64,000 nucleotides of DNA from Eledone cirrhosa. Taxonomy: Eukaryota. The position numbers and the translations under genes are program-made. The stretch covers positions 92,938,001 to 93,002,000 of the forward strand of contig OZ024747.1 of NCBI GenBank assembly GCA_964016885.1, read 5' to 3'. Every line of letters begins with the position of its first letter. The stretch's first letter is position 1. The notes under the pieces are model-generated. The model did no database searches and was not told the origin of the DNA. It saw only the letters and a program-made list of their open reading frames with translations. Of the stretch, positions 14,053 to 25,722 are shown in pieces.

Positions 14053-14086
<34 letters not shown>

Positions 14087-14269
14087 GATGGATTGGCAGT
14101 ATCGGTAGAGGGTCAGATGGTATGCTTTCCAGCATAGAATTACATCCCTTTACGGACTGAGTTCAAATCCCACCGAGGTTAACTTTGCCTTTCATCCTTA
14201 CAGGGTCGATAAAATAAAGTACCAGTAATGTACTGGATAATTGCTGGCCTTGTGCCTAAAGTAGAAACA

Positions 14270-14309
<40 letters not shown>

Positions 14310-14832
14310 GGTGGATTGGCAGTATCGGTAGAGGGTCAGACGCCATGCTTTGACGCATTGAGTTACGGCCCTTGCCATTCTGAGTTCAAATCCCACCAAG
14401 GTTAACTTTGCCTTTCATCCTTACGGGGTCGATAAAATAAAGTACCAGTAATACACTGGCCTTGTGCCAAAAGTAGAAACAATTATTATTAGGTGGTTTG
14501 GCGGTATTGGTAGAGCATCAGACACTATGCTTTGCAGCATAGAGTTACGGCCCTTTCTTTCCCCTCCCCCAAAATTGCAGACCTTGTGCCTATATAAGAA
14601 ACCATTATTATTATTATTATTATTATAGGGGCGGTGGATTGGCAGTATCGGTAGAGGGTCGGACGCCATGCTTTCCAGCATAGTTACATCCTTTTACGAT
14701 CTGAGTTCAAATCCCGCCGAGGTTGACTTTGCCATTCATCCTTACGGGGTCGATAAAATAAAGTACCAGTAATGCACTGGGTAATTTGCTGGCCTTGTGC
14801 CTAAAGTAGAAACAATTATTATTATTATTATT
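14087..14832 (+). mobile_element. Head-to-tail array of four tRNA-derived SINE family B copies separated by (TTA)n tails
   Basis: Units start at about 14087, 14310, 14492 and 14628. A box TGGCAGTATCGG, B box GAGTTCAAATCC; central GACTTTGCCTTTCATCCTTACGGGGTCGATAAAATAAAGTACCAG resembles the Meta/MESC SINE domain as recalled; tail GTAGAAACA(ATT)n. Unit 3 is internally deleted. Confidence 0.88.
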
Positions 14833-15339
14833 AAGCATGGGATTCATATTCTACACTAATTCAATTTAAAATTTATAGTGGTAGTGATGGTAGTGGTGGT
14901 GGTGGTGGTAGAATGTTTAGTTGGTGTGGGAATAGTAATAATGATGATAATGAACATTTCTTGAATTGTGGCTTTGTGTTTTTTTGTAATGAAATAAATT
15001 TCAAACAACTTCTTCATTTGCTTACTCAGTTTCTATTTATATATAATTCACTTATCTCCGAGCTAACAAACCTTACAGATAGAATAACTGTTTTCCTAAA
15101 GGATATTCTGAGCTAGAAATTGTACTTCCAGAAGAACGAAAATAAATAAATTAATAAATAATGAAATATTGCAAATGCCTGTTTTACTGTACCTGCTAAG
15201 ACTGCTGCAACTCAAGAGGTTTTACTCTAGTTCATTAAGATTATTTGAGGCTTTAAGTTTCTCAATACTTCTAATTGAACTAATGACATTATTAGCAAAG
15301 AATTTTTTTTTTTTTGTCTTATGTATTCAATAATTTTCA

Positions 15340-16140
15340 TGAAGTTTCATGAAGTTTTCCAAAGTACATACATGATCCTAGGGAAAGTTGGTGCTGTAAA
15401 TTTTGATGTATAAGCAACACATAAAGGGGGTAAGTGTGCACATTTTATAGTGATAGGAAAGAAAGTTAAACTTTCAAGGAAATAAGGCTGTGTAGGGTGA
15501 GTTTATTAAAGTACAGGTAGAGTAAGGGTGTTTAGGAATGGTGAGTTGATAAAAATAACGGACAGTTTATAGTAAAAATCAATTTTCTCTACATTTCGGG
15601 ATAGCTGCTCAAATATTTGAACAAGAAAAACAAATAAGTTAATGGTTACAACTTTCAAAATAATAACAATAACAGAGAAGTGGTTTTCTCCCATGACTAT
15701 AAACTTATTGTAGTGGAAATACATCAACTGGCAGGTGCACAAAGTGTAGTGGAGTACCTGATAGACAGATGAACAACTTGCACTTGCATGAAATGCATCA
15801 GAAAAGTTGGTAATATGTATGAATCACTTGTAGAGGTAATAATTTGTTCTGATGAATCACTGGAAGTGCTTGACAAATTCTCTTATTTAGACATAATCAG
15901 CATTGGAGATGAATCTGGCTAGGGTCCATAGTGGCTGGAAGAAATTCACAGAACTTTTGCTTATACTGACAATCAAAAGGATAAATTAATTTTCCAAAGT
16001 AAAATGTATGTAAATACATGCATCAAGAATGTTTATTCTGTATGTTGAGGATAGAAGAATTGAATCTATTATATCTATTCAAAATGGATTTAAATAAGAT
16101 AAGATGATTGTGGGTATATGCAATACGAGCTTCAAAGTGA
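15340..16140 (+). mobile_element. Degenerate RTE-type LINE remnant (RT region)
   Basis: Broken reading resembles ...ESLEVLDKFSYL...WKKFTELL.ILT.K, typical of the RTE RT C-terminal half. No intact ORF. Confidence 0.4.
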
Positions 16141-17509
16141 AATATGTTAAACAAAATAAATAAAGGAATTTTGAAATGCAGAGGACATTGTGTTAACACA
16201 GCATCACTAGATATGATGTTACTCTAAAGTAACATGATAACATAATCAGGCAAGTTTAAATGACAGTAGAGTTAGGAACAAAAATGGAGATTAATAAGTT
16301 GATTTAACTTTATTTGATGTTAGGATGGAAAATAGATATAGATTTTACCATAAATCCTCTACTTAAATGCATTTTAATTAAAGTTACAATCACAAAAACA
16401 ATTTCTTCCTTTTTTTTTTAAATGGTTTTTACAAAATTATAATACATTAAAGCACAATAGACAGATTCATATATTGAAGAAGTGAAATTTTAATTGGTAT
16501 CCAAGATAATCAGAATGTTTTGTTGTTGTTTTTAGATTCCAAAAAGGAAACAGTTTCAGTCTACAAAGCAATAATTTATATGCAATGTTATTACAAAAAT
16601 AATATATGGATATAGATGAGATAATGCTATTGACAATGATAACACAAAAGAAGACATGAAAATAATCAAGATAGTTTGGCATAATGTGTGTAATCAACCT
16701 AAAAATAGGAGGATCTACATTTATCCATAATGATATAGACAAGTTATAGGAAGATCACTTGGATATGGATGTTGCTTGTAGATTGATCACATTACAGTAA
16801 AATGAAATAGACAAAATCCTTCAATTAAACAACAAAATCCCCAATCCTAACTATATGCAACAGACCAATTGACAAGTGTAACCAATATTAATACAACCCA
16901 TAAAATAGCACAAACGAACATATATCTTTATTAAAGCATTCATTTTAGATTTGATGATAGCAAACAATATCAATTATAAAACAGATTACCGATGCACGAA
17001 GAAATACAAACTGTTTTTTTTTGTTTTTTTTTTAAAGCAGTAAATCAAATATAGTCATATAATATCTAATGTCTTTTTCTTGGTGTCAGGTAAAGATAAT
17101 ATATAGAATTTATTAATCACATTTCACTCACAGAATATGAGTCCTAAAAAAATACACAGAAACACAGAATGAATTATTATTTCCATAAGTTAAACTATTG
17201 AAAAAAAAAATAATAATAAAAAAATAAAGCCCCACCATCACCAAAAAAAAAAAAAAACCATTATCCTTAGTTTTATATCCAACCTTGTCGATTGGCACAA
17301 GATACAAAACAATATATCTTCAATTCTCCCTCAAGCTGCAGTATTTTAAGCATTATTCGATTTTCTATAGTTTTGACTAATGGTCTCCAGCCTTTTCTCA
17401 CAATATAAACCATCAAAATATTACTGTGAGATTTATAAAGACCCCTTCATCTTGATGTCTTATGAAATGAATCCCATATACAACTGTGATACTTATAAAG
17501 AACCTTTAA

Positions 17510-17989
17510 CTCTTTAGCATTTAAACCGGCCGTATCCGGCCAGAATTCTCACCTCTGAATGTTCAAACTGGCTGTAACTGGCCACTCATACTGATGTTAA
17601 GGTATTGTTCTCAAAATAAATAATATCAAAACCTCATTGATTCAATATTATGTGAGATAATGCCTTTACCATGAAAATACAATAGTATATATAGAATAAT
17701 TGTTTCTACTTTTGGCACAAGGCCAGCAATTACCCAGTGCATTACTGGTACTTTATTTTATCGACCCCGTAAGGATGAAAGGCAAAGTCAACCTCGGCGG
17801 GATTTGAACTCAGATCGTTAAGGGACGTAACTATGCTGGAAAGCATGGCATCCGACCCCCTACCGATACTGCCAATCCACCGCCATATAATTGTTTCTAC
17901 TTTTTGGCACAAAGCCAGCAATTACGCAGTGCATTACTGGTACTTTATTTTATTTTTAGTATATATAGAATAATGTAAATACTAAACGG
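17510..17989 (+). mobile_element. MITE family A interrupted by a SINE B insertion
   Basis: TTAA|CTCTTTAGCATTTA ... TAAATACTAAACGG|TTAA. The insert 17701-17956 is flanked by an 18-bp TSD. Confidence 0.88.
17701..17956 (-). mobile_element. SINE family B, one full unit plus an upstream 5'-truncated unit
   Basis: Full unit 17701-17885 is near-identical to 14628-14817; partial unit 17888-17956; TSD TAGTATATATAGAATAAT at 17683-17700 and 17957-17974. Confidence 0.9.
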
Positions 17990-18293
17990 TTAACCTTAAT
18001 GTCTCATGAAGCAAACCCCAAATATTTCTGTAAAACTTATAAAGAACCCTTGATAATAGAAAGAATATATATCTACATATTTTTTTGTTCTCCCTTATCA
18101 TACCAAACTATACCATTTCATAAAAGAATAACATATTAAAGTAGAAACTTCAGAATATCTTGAAGAATGTCCCCAAAAACTGTAAAACCCTGTTGCAGCC
18201 TCCTACATTTTTTTTCATTGAACCCCTAAAATATTATATGTATCCATGATAGAAACCACTGCTCTGATCTATTACATACATTCTATTCTTTAG

Positions 18294-18505
18294 CCCTTTA
18301 ACATTTAAACCAGCCATACCTGACCCGAATTCCCTCACCTCTTTCTGTTCAAACCAGCCATAACCAGCTACTTATACTTATGTTAAGGTATTGTTCTCAA
18401 AATAAATATTAAAATCTCATAGATTCGATATCATGTGAGATAATTATGGGAGGTAAAACCTCTACTAAGAAAATATATATATAGAGTAATGTAAATGCTA
18501 AAGGG
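18294..18505 (+). mobile_element. MITE family A
   Basis: CCCTTTAACATTTA ... TAAATGCTAAAGGG|TTAA. Confidence 0.88.
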
Positions 18506-18593
18506 TTAAATATTTCTACATCATTACTAAATTTTCATGACACTTGTAACTCAACAAAGTTCAATTGCCCTCTGCTAATTACACTTCTCTTAA

Positions 18594-19033
18594 CTCTTTT
18601 TTATACCTAACTGTCTGAAACTGGCTCTGTTTCTATGAGAAAAAAGTACATGTTTTAAAGTGTTTATATTTATTTAAAAACTTCCATCATTTAAGTCGTG
18701 TTCCAAACACCAGCTTAACCCTTTAGCATTTACATTACTCTATATTTGCTATTGTATTTTCATGGTAAAGGCTTTATCTCACATAATATTGAATCTATGA
18801 GATTTTGATGATGTTATTTTATAGTTTGAGAACAGTACCTTAACATTGGTATAAGAAACTTGTTTGAACAGAAAAAGGTGAGAGAGTTCTGGCCAGATAT
18901 GGCTGGTTTAAATGCTAAAGGGTTAATAAGAAGTAAGTTACTTATACCACTAAATCCCTTTAAATACTTCATTTTTGAAATTATTTGAAAAACATAGCCT
19001 GTATCTTTTATGAGAAATATGGTAACAAAAGTG
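18594..19033 (+). mobile_element. MITE family B hosting a nested MITE A
   Basis: TTAA|CTCTTTTTTATACC ... GGTAACAAAAGTG|TTAA. Confidence 0.75.
18719..18922 (-). mobile_element. MITE family A nested at an internal TTAA of MITE B
   Basis: cagcTTAA|CCCTTTAGCATTTA ... TAAATGCTAAAGGG|TTAAtaag. The empty site cagcTTAAtaat is seen at 33125-33136. Confidence 0.92.
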
Positions 19034-19369
19034 TTAAATCCCTCCTAATCTATTTCATGCCAGACACTAAGTTAGCGCTAGATAGTAAAAATAAGTGATT
19101 AGTACTACCATTAGTCATTAAAAGTTCCAATATTTCAGAAGAGGTCACAGAAAAGTCTATGGTTTCTTTCACTATCTTGTAAATAATCTATAATTTTCTT
19201 TTTACTGTTTATTTAATCCCTCCATTATTTTAACTAAAGGTAAGCAGTTTTTGTCTCATTCACATTCCTTGTGGAGCAATGCATAATAACAATACATCTC
19301 CAGCCATTGAGTTCTCGATTAAATGGTTAATAATTAAACAGTTTAACCTTACAACTGAGAAATTTTAAC

Positions 19370-19730
19370 AAATACAGAAGACCCGCCTTGTAGGCACCTC
19401 TTAATCCAATATACACCTTATACCCCCACATCCCCCCCCCCCTCCCACTTCTGCCCACACCACCCTAACTCTGTAAAGTTATGTTGGTACCACAAAACTT
19501 CCAGCCCACACTGTTAAGTGGTAATGTAGGAGTCACGATAAAAAGCACCCAGCACACACTGTAAATGTGATTGGCATTAGAAAGGGCATCCAGCCGTAAA
19601 AAACCATCCAGAAACAGTCCTATATGAGCGAGACATGGTCACCCGACCAAACTTGCTTCAAATGGGACAAACCCGTTTAACCTATGCTAGCGTGAAGATG
19701 GATGTTAAATGATAATGATCATCATCATAA
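19370..19730 (+). mobile_element. 5'-truncated RTE LINE (3' UTR and GAT-type tail)
   Basis: Collinear with 59765-60188, including AAAAAGCACCCAGC...GGCATTAGAAAGGGCATCCAGC...GCTAGCGTGAAGATGGATG. Confidence 0.75.
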
Positions 19731-19851
19731 ACATTGAATTAAATTAACAATGCAATTTAAACTTAGTATAGCATCTTTTGTTTATACTTTTACATTCATT
19801 TTTTATGGCAAAATTTGTATAATTTTCTTAATTTGTTATAGAGTTCTTTAA

Positions 19852-19935
19852 CCCTTTAGCATTTACATTACTTTATATTTACTATTGTATTTTCACAGTA
19901 AACACTTTATCTCACATAATATCGAATCTATGAAA
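19852..19935 (-). mobile_element. MITE family A fragment
   Basis: TTAA|CCCTTTAGCATTTACATTAC plus about 70 bp of internal sequence. Confidence 0.75.
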
Positions 19936-19984
19936 TTCCTTTGATCAAAAGTTGAGCTGGGGCTAAACAAAAACATAATATCAG

Positions 19985-20505
19985 GTAGGTGTCACAAAAA
20001 AGCACCCAGCCTATACTGTAAAGTGGTCGTGTAGGCGTCACAAGAAAAAGCGCCCAGCCCACACTAGGTGACAAGACAAAAAGCACTCAGCCCACAATGT
20101 AAAGTGGTCAAGTAGGTGACACAACAAAAAGCACCCGGCCTACACTGTAAAGTCGTCACGTAGGTGACAGGACAAAATGCATTCAGCCCACAATATAAAG
20201 TGGTCATGTAGGTGTCATGACAAAAAGCCTTCAGCCCACACTGTAAAGTGGTTATGTAGGTGTCATGATAAAAAGCACTCAGCCCACACTGTAAAGTGGT
20301 CATGTAGGTGTCATGACAAATAGCACTCAGCACACACTATAAATGTGCTTGGTGTTAGGGAGGGTATCCAACTGTAGAAACTAAGCCAAAACCAGCCCTG
20401 TATGAGCAAGTCATGATCATCTGACCTGGCTTGTCTCACAACAAGCCAAATCGTCTAACCCATGCCAGCATGGAAAATGGACATTATACAGTGATGGTGA
20501 TGATT
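19985..20505 (+). mobile_element. RTE 3' UTR copy with an expanded 48-bp tandem repeat (8 units)
   Basis: Units start TAGG at 19986, 20032, 20065, 20113, 20161, 20209, 20257 and 20305, followed by the standard RTE tail. Confidence 0.8.
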
Positions 20506-21335
20506 TTCTATATAATCCCTTTGTTTCTAATAATTATTACTGGTCTTATATCATATCTTCTCTACAGAGTATTTGAGCAATGACAATAGAGAAACAGGCT
20601 TTATGCAATGTATAACAAAATTTGTAGGGTGTCAGACACAATGCTTTATCCTTTTGCATTCTAAGTTTAAATCCCTTCATATAAAAGTAATAAAGTGCTA
20701 ATTACTTCAACATATCCTTCAATGGGTGATTAGAATTGTAAAGTTTATCCTTTTATTTTATTTTATTTTTTATACAAAGATCTGATCCCTGCTTGCCAGA
20801 AGTTGTCTACACCAGGACAATTATCATTAGATTGATAAATATATGGAGCAAGACAATTTATGTTTTTTCAGAATACAGCACAAGAAAAAAAATATTCCAA
20901 ACTACTCATAAAAAAAACAACAACAATTAGACATCAACAAAGGTTTTCAGAAGTTGGAATAAATTCTGTTTTGAATAAGGCTTGTTTGTTACAGGCAAAG
21001 GATTGCACGGAGCCTATTTGAAGATATGCATTGCCAGTAACACTGTGAAAATGAAAATAAAGGCTCAGAATATTTAGAAAGAAACAAATATGAAATGCTC
21101 TAATGATGTAGTCTGATGCCAATAATAGTAAACAAACTATTTGTAATTAGTGTTGATAGAATACTGTAAAAGCATGTTTATGTGGTAGAAGAAATCAATG
21201 AAAATAACTTGAGAGAAGAAGAAGATGAAGAAGAAGAGGAAGGGAGTTAAAGCAGAAGACAAAAGAAAACATCTGTAATGTAGTAGTTAGCACTGATAGG
21301 GAATTAGGAGAGAGTTTAACTTATGATGTATAGAA

Positions 21336-21568
21336 TGATGGTAGTAGTGCTGATTGGAGTGGTGGTGATGGGAGTGGCGGTGGTAATGGTAGTGGTGGTA
21401 GTGGTGGTAGTGGTGGTAGTAGTAGTAGTGGTGGTGGTGGTGGTGGTGATGATGGTGGCGGTGATGGTGGCGGTGGTGGCGGTGGTGGTAGTGGTGGTGG
21501 TGGTGGTAGAGGTGGTGGTGGTAGTAGTAGTAGTGGCGATGGTAGTGGTGGTAGTAGTGGTGGTGGTG
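21336..21568. repeat. (GGT/AGT/GGC)n trinucleotide repeat
   Basis: Directly visible; source of the poly-Pro and poly-Val ORFs. Confidence 0.92.
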
Positions 21569-23462
21569 AAAATGATGTCACAAAGAATGTGTCAACAGCA
21601 TTCAGGAAGAGGAAGATATATTTATATATTATTTTTAGGAGAGAAAACAAAACAAAAAACACTCAATAAACCCTAAAATAAGAAAGAATAAACAAAATTA
21701 AAAAACAACAACCCATTAATCTAAGAAATATTTCAGCATTTTTGTTTAGTTCCATGAAAGAAATTATATTTCATAAAAAAACTAAAATATCAGCTTATAT
21801 AGACAAACACATACTCTCTCCCTTCCTCTCTCTTTCCCTCTCTTTCTCTTCCTTTCTCTCTCTTTCCTTCCTCTATCTCTCTCTCCTTCCCCTATCTCTC
21901 TCTCTCTCTCTTTCTCATGCTCAACATAGAAAACATTAAATAATTTTTCTTAGGTAAAATATTAAGAAAAATAAAATAAAAGATATCTGAGTGAAAAAAA
22001 ACATAAACACACACACATACACACACAACAAGATACACCATAAAGTCTAAAATATTAATACAAAAAGGAAAATCTCTTAAAGCCACAATCTTCTCATATA
22101 ATGATTATGTTTAAGTTGTGATACAAGCAAAAACCAAAAAGTAAAAATTATCTAAGTGCTAGTCTTTGGTTGCTGATCCGTTGATGGAAAATTATGCAGC
22201 TTTGAACTTTGCCATCATAAATCCAGCCTTTCCATCATTTTTGACTTCTGTGACCACTTTAAGTTTTGCAAACCACCAAATAGCCACAGCAACAAAATGC
22301 TGTATGATAGAAATACCAACAGGTCTCCTTGTCAAGATTTCATTTTAGGCCTTTTTATCTTTCTAATCCCATCACTCTACACTGCAGTATGGTGGCCAGT
22401 GATGGACACTAAGCCATGATCTTCTCGACAGCCACTTCCAAGAGAGAAGCTTGCCAGTAATCCCATACTTAACTCTGTCAGATAAGATAGCAAATGCTCT
22501 GACGTCACGGGGAAGAGGGTGAGGATAACAGTTTGGCTATGACTACAACAATGTCTACTAAATTGCCAGTAAGGTAGCAATACAATCTGAAGCGATTTAA
22601 GAAAGATATTAGACTGATCTAATATTCTGAGACAACAAGAAGCTGTCTACATGTCACTAAAATAAAGGGCTTTGCTGTTAGATCAAAGGGAGAGAATTGC
22701 AGTTTGAAAGATTTAAAAGCTTTCGATGACTGCCTGAATGAAAAGCAGCAGTTGTTGATTATACTTGAGCAATTGCTATATAGACTGCTAAAAGATCAAT
22801 TGAGGGTAGGGAGTCTTTACGATTTTAAAGATTATTTCTTTAATTGAAAGCCCGATTAGAATAAACAAATTGTATTAAACAAAATGATCACTAGAGAGCA
22901 ACAGAAGAATTAATTACTAGTTGATTAGAAAGCCTGCAAAACACTTAGTAGATAAACTTGGATACTTTAATACACTAATATAATCAATAATAAAATAAGA
23001 ACAACATTAATTGTTTAATTTGATTTCTAAAATAAAAGAAGATATCACTAATATAATAGCCTTGTGTATTTGTCCATCACACACTAGAGATGACTGAGGA
23101 AGGGGCGATTATGTTGACTGAGGAAGGAAGGGGTGATTACATCAACTGAGGAAGGAAGGGGTGTCTAATACACACACATCTATGTGATGACTGAGGGAGG
23201 GGAGTGAGAAACTATAGATTTGTCACAGTTGTGTGTTTGTATGTTTGTATCATTTGTGTGAGTGAGCGCGAACCAACCAACCAACCAACAAACAAACAAA
23301 CAAACAACTCTTTTTTATATTATGTATAGATGTTACAATTAGTCATCATTTTTGACGGCACGGGGACAGCTAGTATATATAATAATTGTAATGTTTGAAT
23401 GGATTAGAAATGTGTGCAACCATAAGTTTTATACCTATGATTACTATGGAAATAAAATCTTA

Positions 23463-23795
23463 CGGTGCAGGCATGGCTGTGTGGTTAAGAAGTTTGCTTT
23501 ACAACCATATGGTTTCAGGTATAGTCCCACTATGTGGTATTTTAGGCAAATGTTTTCTGCTATAGCCTTAGGTTAACCAATACCTTGTGGGTGAAATTTA
23601 GTAGACAGAAACTGTGCAGAAGTGAGTGTGTTTGTGTGTTTGTTTATGTCCTATAAATAACTTAGTGGTTCAACAAAAAAGCGATTGATAAAATAAGTAC
23701 CAGACTTTTTAAAAAGAATAATTATAATAACAATTCAAATCCCTTCAAGGCAGTGCTCCAGCATGGCTGCAGTCAATGACTGAAACCAGCAAGAA
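23463..23795 (+). mobile_element. Older tRNA-derived SINE (family C)
   Basis: GGCATGGCTGTGTGGTTAAGAAG (A box), GGTATAGTCCC (degenerate B box), CORE-like TTAGGCAAATGTTTTCTGCTATAGCC. A related copy lies at about 32335-32965. Confidence 0.6.
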
Positions 23796-24059
23796 TACTT
23801 TTCAACTATGAAAGTATCAGGATAGTTACAAGATTTATAGATTAATTAAACAATTAAAAACAGAAAAATTAAAACCAGCCAGAAAATATACAATGTAGAG
23901 ACTACCTTATCCATTATATCAGTTGTATATTATTTCATAGTTTTGTTGGGGAGGGGGGTAATCATAAACAACTAGCTACATCCCCCACCACCCAACACTA
24001 TATGCTACAACATAAACTATAAACAAATAAATATTTCAATAATTTATTGTAAGACATAT

Positions 24060-24242
24060 ATTGTAAACGTGATTGGTGTTAGGAAGGGCATCCAGCTGTA
24101 AAACCCCTAGCCTAATTTACAATCCTCATCGGAGCAAAGTACGGTGTGGCCAATTCTGACCAGATTTGTCTCCCGACATGGACAACTTGTCTAACCCAGG
24201 CAACCATGGAAAAATGGATGCTAAACGGTGATAATGATATCA
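24060..24242 (+). mobile_element. RTE-type 3' tail fragment
   Basis: GGTGTTAGGAAGGGCATCCAGCTGTAAAA ... CATGGAAAAATGGATGCTAAACGGTGATAATGAT. Confidence 0.65.
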
Positions 24243-24724
24243 TAAATATTTATTATAAGATAGTGAACCAGATCAGATCTCCAGCCTTTTTATGTTACCA
24301 CAAAAAGAAAAGAAACACAGGGGATGGAAACAAGAAAAGAAAAAAAAAACAGAACAAAGAAATATACTCAAAATAAATCCTACTATAATAAATAAACTCC
24401 TCAAATCAAATGCTAAAAACAACAACAAAAAACACCAAAACACATGAATATATATCTTGGGTCTTTGAACTTATTCCATTGACCATTTTCTTAGGGTGTC
24501 ATCATCATCATCATCATCATCATCATCAACGTAAAAACGATGATGACGATGATGATGATGATGATGACACTCAAAGAAGATGGATAATGGACTAAATTCA
24601 AAGACCCAAGTACTAAAGATATACCCTTTCTGTACAAAAGCATTACAAAAGACTCACTTTATATAACAAACTTATATGTAAAAAACATTAACTATTTAAA
24701 GAGGAAAGCAATTGAGAACTTGGA

Positions 24725-24726
<2 letters not shown>

Positions 24727-24800
<74 letters not shown>
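24727..24800. repeat. (TA)n microsatellite
   Basis: Directly visible. Confidence 0.95.
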
Positions 24801-24804
<4 letters not shown>

Positions 24805-25573
24805 TTAAGAATAAATAAACAAAGGAACAAGCAAATAACCCATAAGGCTGAGAAAAACTGCACTTTGATCTTAGCCAGAAGGCCTACTGACCAAAAGCTG
24901 GCTTCAAGTAGCTGCAGAGTAATTGTGTCAGTCATCAAGTTGTAAATGTATGATAAAACTTTTTGATATTTTATAATTATATCAATACTATCAAGAAATG
25001 AAACTAAACTGCATATATATGTTTTAAATGGCTGTCATGACTCTTACATAATGTTATTGCTTCAATGTCAACACACGATTTCAGATCAACTCACTTGCCA
25101 AGCAAGTAGTACTACTCTAAAATGTAGACAATCTTTTTGGATTACTATTAAGATGGAAGATAAGATAGCAGGCACAGTGTTTGAAACAGAAATAGGAATA
25201 ATGTATAATAAATAGCAAGTCAAATTAAATTAGAAATTATAACATTATATTTACACACACACACACATAACTTTTGATTTACTGTCTACCTTATGCTTTG
25301 TCACTTCCCCCACCCCTACATTTCTCAACTTTCACAACATTCCAGAACATTTTTTTTTTCTAAGGATCTAATCTGAAGAAACAACAAAATTTCCTCTCCC
25401 CACTGGCATACAAATTTATATTTTATAAATATTTTGTTGTAGTTTTTGCTGTTGGTTTTTTTTTATTGATAGAATAAGTTCTTTGAACTCTAGTTTTCTT
25501 TTACAATTATAACTTCTTATTATATCTACAAGAGCATTAAAAAAACTCCCATTTTCTAGTCCCTCCACTAGTT

Positions 25574-25722
25574 CAGGCATAGGCAAACCTTTTTCAAGCA
25601 GTGGGCTGCCTAAGATCATAAAGATGGCCGCACTACTAAAAAATTCAAGGCAATTTTGAAATTAAGTGTGCCAATCAGAAAGCCAAACAGACTGCATGTG
25701 GCTCACAGTTTGCCCATAACTG
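25574..25722. mobile_element. hAT (Charlie-like) MITE
   Basis: TIR CAGGCATAGGCAAAC / GTTTGCCCATAACTG; 8-bp flanks CACTAGTT and CTCTAATT (6/8 match, central TA as in Charlie targets). Confidence 0.55.

Noticed and set aside
17378-18261. Outer hAT-type element enclosing MITE A and SINE B
   Set aside because: The TIR match is weak and the 8-bp flanks do not agree, so a third nesting level cannot be supported.
21321-21676. Proline-rich and valine-rich ORFs
   Set aside because: Trinucleotide microsatellite with no splice or homology support.
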